The notes beneath the pieces are model-generated. The model saw only the letters and a program-made list of their open reading frames with translations, was not told where the DNA came from and ran no database searches. The position numbers and the translations under genes were made by a program. DNA of 64,000 nt from Corallococcus sp. RDP092CA (lineage in GTDB: Bacteria; Myxococcota; Myxococcia; Myxococcales; Myxococcaceae). Positions 62,767-64,000 of this stretch are shown piece after piece. The stretch lies in contig NZ_JAYESI010000001.1 of NCBI RefSeq assembly GCF_041903675.1, positions 224,643-288,642 of the forward strand. Reading direction: 5' to 3'. The number at the start of each line of letters is the position of its first letter. Position 1 is the stretch's first letter.

Positions 62767-63458
62767 GGTGGCTGGGACTGCTGGCCGTGCTGCTGGTGGG
62801 CTGTGGTGGCCCGACGCCCGCGGCGGAGTTCGGGGAGGCGCTGTTCCAGGATGCGCGGCTGTCGGACAGCCAGTTCAACAGCTTCTCCTGCGCGACCTGC
62901 CACACCGCCAGCACCACGCCCGAGCCGGACCGCATGCTGGCGGGCTACCCGCTGGGGAACGTGGTCTCCCGGAAGACGTGGTGGGGCGGCTACGAGACGG
63001 ACCTGCTGAGCGCGGTGAACTTCTGCTACCTGGGCTTCATGCGCGGCGTGACGCCCCTCACGCGCGAGGAGCCGAAGGCGCGGGCCCTGTACGAATACCT
63101 GGCGCGGATCAGCCCGGCCGCGGACGCGCCCGCGCTGCCGCTCACGGTGGTGAAGGACATCCAGGAGGTGCCTCCGGGGGATGCCGGGCGGGGCGGCGCC
63201 GTGTACCGCGCTGCCTGTCAGACCTGTCACGGCGCCCCGCATACGGGCGAGGGGCGGCTGACCTCCTTCGCGTCGCTGCTGCCGGAGGTGACGGACGACT
63301 ACGACAGGCTCTTCCCCGGCATCCCGAGGCGACTGGTGGTCATCGAGAAGCTGCGGCACGGCAGCTCCTTCGGCGTGGGCGGGACCATGCCGCTCTACAG
63401 CCTCGAGGCCCTGTCGGACGAGGACCTCGCGGCGGTGCTCGCGTTCCTGGGGCTGTGA
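62763..63458 (+). CDS. Di-haem c-type cytochrome lipoprotein.
   Basis: ATG overlaps the upstream stop (ATGA at 62763-62766). Lipobox LLVGCGG. Two CxxCH motifs: SFSCATCHTAS and AACQTCHGAP. Confidence 0.8.
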   Translation: MRWLGLLAVLLVGCGGPTPAAEFGEALFQDARLSDSQFNSFSCATCHTASTTPEPDRMLAGYPLGNVVSRKTWWGGYETDLLSAVNFCYLGFMRGVTPLTREEPKARALYEYLARISPAADAPALPLTVVKDIQEVPPGDAGRGGAVYRAACQTCHGAPHTGEGRLTSFASLLPEVTDDYDRLFPGIPRRLVVIEKLRHGSSFGVGGTMPLYSLEALSDEDLAAVLAFLGL

Positions 63459-63470
63459 GCGCGGGGCGCC

Positions 63471-64000
63471 TCAGCTCCAGAGCGACTGCTCCAGCGAATC
63501 CAGGAGCGCGCTCGCGACCTCGGGAGAGGGCAGCCCGGCTTCCACCGCGAGGCGCGGGTCGAGCGGCACGGCCACCTCCGCGCGCAGCACCGCGAGGGCC
63601 CGCCGCCGGGCCTCGTGCAGTGAGGCGCGAGCCTCGGAGGACAGGCCGGGCATGGCCCAGGCGTCGATGTCCCAGGACAGGCCCGCGTGCCGGGTCTCGT
63701 CGTCGGCGATGCGCGCCATGGCCTCGCGGATCTCCGGGTCGCGGGCGTGCAGCGCCTGATGGTGCGCCACCAGCGCGCCATACGTCTCCCGCACGCAGCC
63801 CTCCACCGCGTTGTCGAGCAGCACCTCGTCCAGTGGGCGCAGCGGCAGGGCGGTGACGGCGGGAGGCACCGGCGTGGCGCCGAAGCGACGGGCCAGCCGC
63901 AGGGTGACCTCGGTGTGTCGGACCTCGTCCGTGGCGCTCGCGAGCGCCGCGTCCTGTAGCCCCGTCCCGGCTCCGTGCAGGGCCAGCTCGTCGCGCAGGC
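63471..64000 (-). CDS. Hypothetical protein, 5'-truncated by the window edge; possibly a helical or ferritin-like fold.
   Basis: The minus-strand frame is open from the window end. The stop is at 63471-63473. Sequence ..ETYGALVAHHQALHARDPEIREAMARIADDETRHAGLSWDIDAW... GC3 is high. Confidence 0.45.
   Translation of the reverse strand, partial: LRDELALHGAGTGLQDAALASATDEVRHTEVTLRLARRFGATPVPPAVTALPLRPLDEVLLDNAVEGCVRETYGALVAHHQALHARDPEIREAMARIADDETRHAGLSWDIDAWAMPGLSSEARASLHEARRRALAVLRAEVAVPLDPRLAVEAGLPSPEVASALLDSLEQSLWS

Overview
This is a 64-kb, very high-GC window with myxobacterial-style coding and pervasive antisense shadow ORFs, dominated by a hybrid NRPS/PKS locus. From the 5' end it contains a truncated sulfide:quinone oxidoreductase gene and a beta-carbonic anhydrase gene. 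A single giant minus-strand gene (about 2066..35208; about 11,047 aa from an ATG with an AAGGAG RBS) follows, encoding a 10-module NRPS/PKS megasynthetase: C-A-T x4, then an in-line KS-AT-ACP module, then C plus a degenerate A carrying a luciferase-like monooxygenase (MOx) and no T domain, then C-A-T x3, then a terminal C-T-TE with no A domain. A roughly 7-kb divergent central region holds a GNAT remnant, a Gfo/Idh/MocA oxidoreductase, a 1.7-kb repeat-rich spacer, a 2OG/Fe(II) oxygenase, an ECF sigma factor, a redoxin and two AhpD-like carboxymuconolactone-decarboxylase-family genes. On the plus strand sits a three-gene translationally coupled PKS/NRPS operon: ACP-KS-AT-AT-DH-ACP; KS-AT(dead)-ACP; KS-AT-DH(atypical)-ACP-Cy-A(Cys)-T-TE. 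It is followed by a lipoprotein gene, a BNR/beta-propeller fusion ORF, a di-haem cytochrome c lipoprotein gene and a partial minus-strand gene. The most unusual signals are four. A 57-bp (19-codon) palindrome-containing tandem repeat with about 17 copies is inserted in frame inside the adenylation domain of NRPS module 9, and the same repeat family reappears non-coding with an approximately 50-bp period at 37.6-38.2 kb. An A-less, T-less MOx module lies between two condensation domains. The PKS has no KR domains, and neither DH-containing module carries a KR; one AT has lost its catalytic serine while the preceding protein carries tandem ATs. Two TE domains are roughly 65% identical at the ends of the two divergent assembly lines.
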